A stretch of 48,107 nt of DNA from Chiloscyllium plagiosum. Taxonomy: Eukaryota. Shown piece by piece: positions 46,793 through 48,107 of this stretch. The translations under genes were made by a program, and so were the position numbers. A model generated the notes under the pieces. That model made no database searches. It was not told the DNA's origin and saw only the letters and a list, made by a program, of their open reading frames with translations. The stretch covers positions 75,842,064-75,890,170 of the forward strand of contig NC_057719.1 in NCBI RefSeq assembly GCF_004010195.1, in the 5' to 3' direction. Position 1 is the stretch's first letter. Each line of letters begins with the position of its first letter.

Positions 46793-47551
46793 AGGGTCAG
46801 GTGGGAGTCTGACCTATCTGCCCGCACCCCCCCAACTATGTTGGGGGGAGTCACCTTTCAATAAGGGGCTCTCTAGGTTGGAAGAAGCAGCAGCTTGCAT
46901 TTCAGGCAAATGAGAGAGAGGGAGCACACTATGGTTTTGAGACTGCCACTCCCTAACGTTTTAAAGAGTTGGAAGTGTCTTCAACAGACAAGCCCCAGCT
47001 GTGAATAGGAGGCAGGAAAAGGCCTCCAACCCTGCTTGGAGTGTTGACTCCTCAATCTTCTGAATGGCTTGGAGGACACAGAAGGTTGTCAGTCTTTGTT
47101 GATGGGTCTTTAAAGATTCATTTATTGGCCCCATGTGACATATGGCCCAGTAGCCTTGACAGGCTGACGTGAATTTCCGTGTCGGATCACCTCTGTATTT
47201 CCCAGAAGGAAAGTCCATTCAACTTAATGCTTGAGTTGTCCTGGTCCAACTTGTATACTTCAAAATGGAGGACCAATGCAGCCAGTAAGTGTATTTCCAA
47301 GCATTACTGGTTTTGACCCTCTGACTAACCCCATCAGCACTGAAAATGTTTCCCCAACACATTGCCACATGATGAAATGAATTCTTCTGATTCTTCATCT
47401 TCTGGATGCTGGCAGATGTTATGTGAGTGGGCAGATGACATTTCCTGTCCTGGTGAATCTGGGAATGGAATCAGAATTGGGCTGGATCCACTGGTCCTGA
47501 AATATGGAATAAGCCAAGCAGTCATTCCCAAAGGTACAAGGACTGTACAGA

Positions 47552-48107
47552 ATGATTTGGAGATGCCGGTGTTGGACTGGGATGTACAAAGTTAAAAATC
47601 ACACAACACCAGGTTATAGTCCAACAGGTTTAATTGGAAGCACACTAGCTTTCGGAGCGACGCTCCTTCATCAGGTGGTTGTGGAGGGCTTGATCATAAC
47701 ACAGAATTTATAGCAAAAATTTGCAGTGTGATGTAACTGAAATTATACATTGAAAAATTGATTGTCTGTTAAGCCTTTCATCTGTTAGAATACAGTGATA
47801 TGTATTCTTTCATGTGTAAATCACAAAATCCTTTTTTTTAAAGTTGCATTCTCGGGTTAGCAGCTAACCCGAGAATGCAACTTTAAAAAAAAGGGTTTTG
47901 TGATTTACACATGAAAAAAGTGAAACTATCCCTGTATTCTAACAGATGAAAGGCTTAACAGACAATCAATTCTTCAATGTATAATTACAGTTACATCACA
48001 CTGCAAATTTTTGCTATAAACTCTGTGTTCCAATCGAGTCCTCCACATCACCTGATGAAGGAGCGTCGCTCCGAAAGCTAGTGTACTTCCAATTAAACCT
48101 GTTGGAC
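47552..48107. mobile_element. Large palindromic Penelope family B element, cut off by the window end
   Basis: Arms 47619-47861 and 47863-48107 are inverted around the single base 47862 (GGGTTAGC-A-GCTAACCC). Confidence 0.88.
48049..48083 (+). ncRNA. Minimal hammerhead ribozyme motif (Penelope family B); mirror copy at 47643-47677 (-)
   Basis: CAC-CTGATGA-a-GGAGC-gtc-GCTCC-GAA-AGCT-A-GTG gives stem I CAC/GTG, stem II and a palindromic stem III. Confidence 0.72.

Overview
This is non-genic-looking vertebrate DNA, almost certainly from a shark or other elasmobranch, inferred from the HE1-type V-SINEs and their CR1/HER1-type partner LINEs. No host protein-coding gene is recognisable, and most ORFs in the track are retroelement debris. 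The window is a nested retroelement stack: three long CR1 copies (zinc-finger/SGNH-esterase ORF1 plus APE-RT ORF2; one apparently full length), many CR1 fragments, a second older CR1/L2-group LINE, about 8 HE1-like SINEs and two other tRNA-SINE types. At least three families of Penelope-like elements (RT plus GIY-YIG) are also present. The most striking signal is that the Penelope insertions are fold-back (palindromic) units of 0.13-3.2 kb. Most have 12-15 bp target-site duplications, asymmetric ends and minimal hammerhead-ribozyme motifs whose stems co-vary between families. Other features are an unclassified ~860 bp fold-back element with a nested insert, a fossil multi-exon Myb/SANT gene (Harbinger-type) broken up by insertions, and a few unique AT-rich blocks that may be enhancers or non-coding exons. 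Family names come from motif recognition, not database searches, and boundaries of old elements are approximate.
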